Positions 63,938 to 64,000 of a DNA stretch of 64,000 nucleotides are shown piece after piece (positions within the stretch are counted from its first letter, which is position 1; each line of letters begins with the position of its first letter). Both the position numbers and the translations under genes were made by a program. The notes under the pieces were generated by a model. The model made no database searches and had not been told where the DNA came from. It worked only from the letters and a program-made list of their open reading frames with translations. The stretch comes from Myxococcales bacterium (lineage in GTDB: Bacteria; Lernaellota; Lernaellaia; Lernaellales; Lernaellaceae), in the NCBI GenBank assembly GCA_012517325.1, contig JAAYVF010000085.1, positions 75,673 to 139,672 of the forward strand, written 5' to 3'.

Positions 63938-64000
63938 CGATCATTGGTTCAATCTTTCCCTTGAGACGGTTCGTCAGCCGTTGGGGGTTTTGCCTTTTTT

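Noticed and set aside
1-64000. CRISPR arrays, tRNA/rRNA genes, IS elements or integrases
   Set aside because: No spacer-repeat periodicity, no cloverleaf-like conserved tRNA boxes, and no transposase or integrase motifs were recognised. The tandem repeats present are short coding repeats or a single 83-bp duplication.

Overview
High-GC (about 65-70%) bacterial chromosomal segment with anaerobe hallmarks (an NfnAB-like oxidoreductase, a tungsten-type aldehyde:ferredoxin oxidoreductase) and Myxococcota/Desulfobacterota-like envelope biology. Five blocks are visible. (1) 1-5.6 kb: a partial YitT-family membrane protein, a DUF2284 metal-binding protein, a fused NfnA/NfnB-like oxidoreductase, and a divergently transcribed response regulator / histidine kinase pair. 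(2) 6.1-17.9 kb: a cluster whose architecture mirrors the Myxococcus Agl-Glt gliding-motility machine. It encodes a Pro-rich membrane protein, three TPR proteins, a small secreted protein, one TolQ/MotA-like channel, two TolR/ExbD-like proteins, and a GltG/AgmX-like protein with an FHA-like N-terminus and an AgmX/PglI-type Cys-containing C-terminus. (3) 17.9-37.1 kb: one long co-directional, translationally coupled (ATGA overlaps) surface-polysaccharide locus. It encodes an OM beta-barrel, Wza, a Wzc BY-kinase, an epimerase, two Wzy_C/O-antigen-ligase paralogs, a GT2-methyltransferase fusion, a 1,540-aa four-module GT4 protein, a Wzx flippase-methyltransferase fusion, and a GT4. Converging on it from the minus strand at 37.1-43.7 kb is an operon of four paralogous radical-SAM/SPASM enzymes interleaved with a lone Wzt/TagH-type ABC ATPase with no Wzm permease. 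This is the most unusual system in the window. (4) 43.8-56.7 kb: a BtuFCD-like importer plus OM porin, AOR plus a MoaD-like carrier, folK, nadD, an alpha/beta-hydrolase lipoprotein, a long-type SRP RNA, dnaX-ybaB-recR, and an MglA-like Ras-type GTPase without an adjacent MglB. (5) 56.7-63.9 kb: a markedly lower-GC island. It encodes Asp/Asn-repeat lipoproteins (one with a DUF1566/Lcl-like C-terminal domain) built on hexanucleotide repeats, a Hanks-type Ser/Thr kinase next to an FHA-GAF-sigma54 activator, and a gamma-carbonic-anhydrase-like gene whose start region is tandemly duplicated. No rRNA, tRNA, CRISPR or transposase was recognised. All calls come from reading the sequence and ORF translations; no database searches were run.
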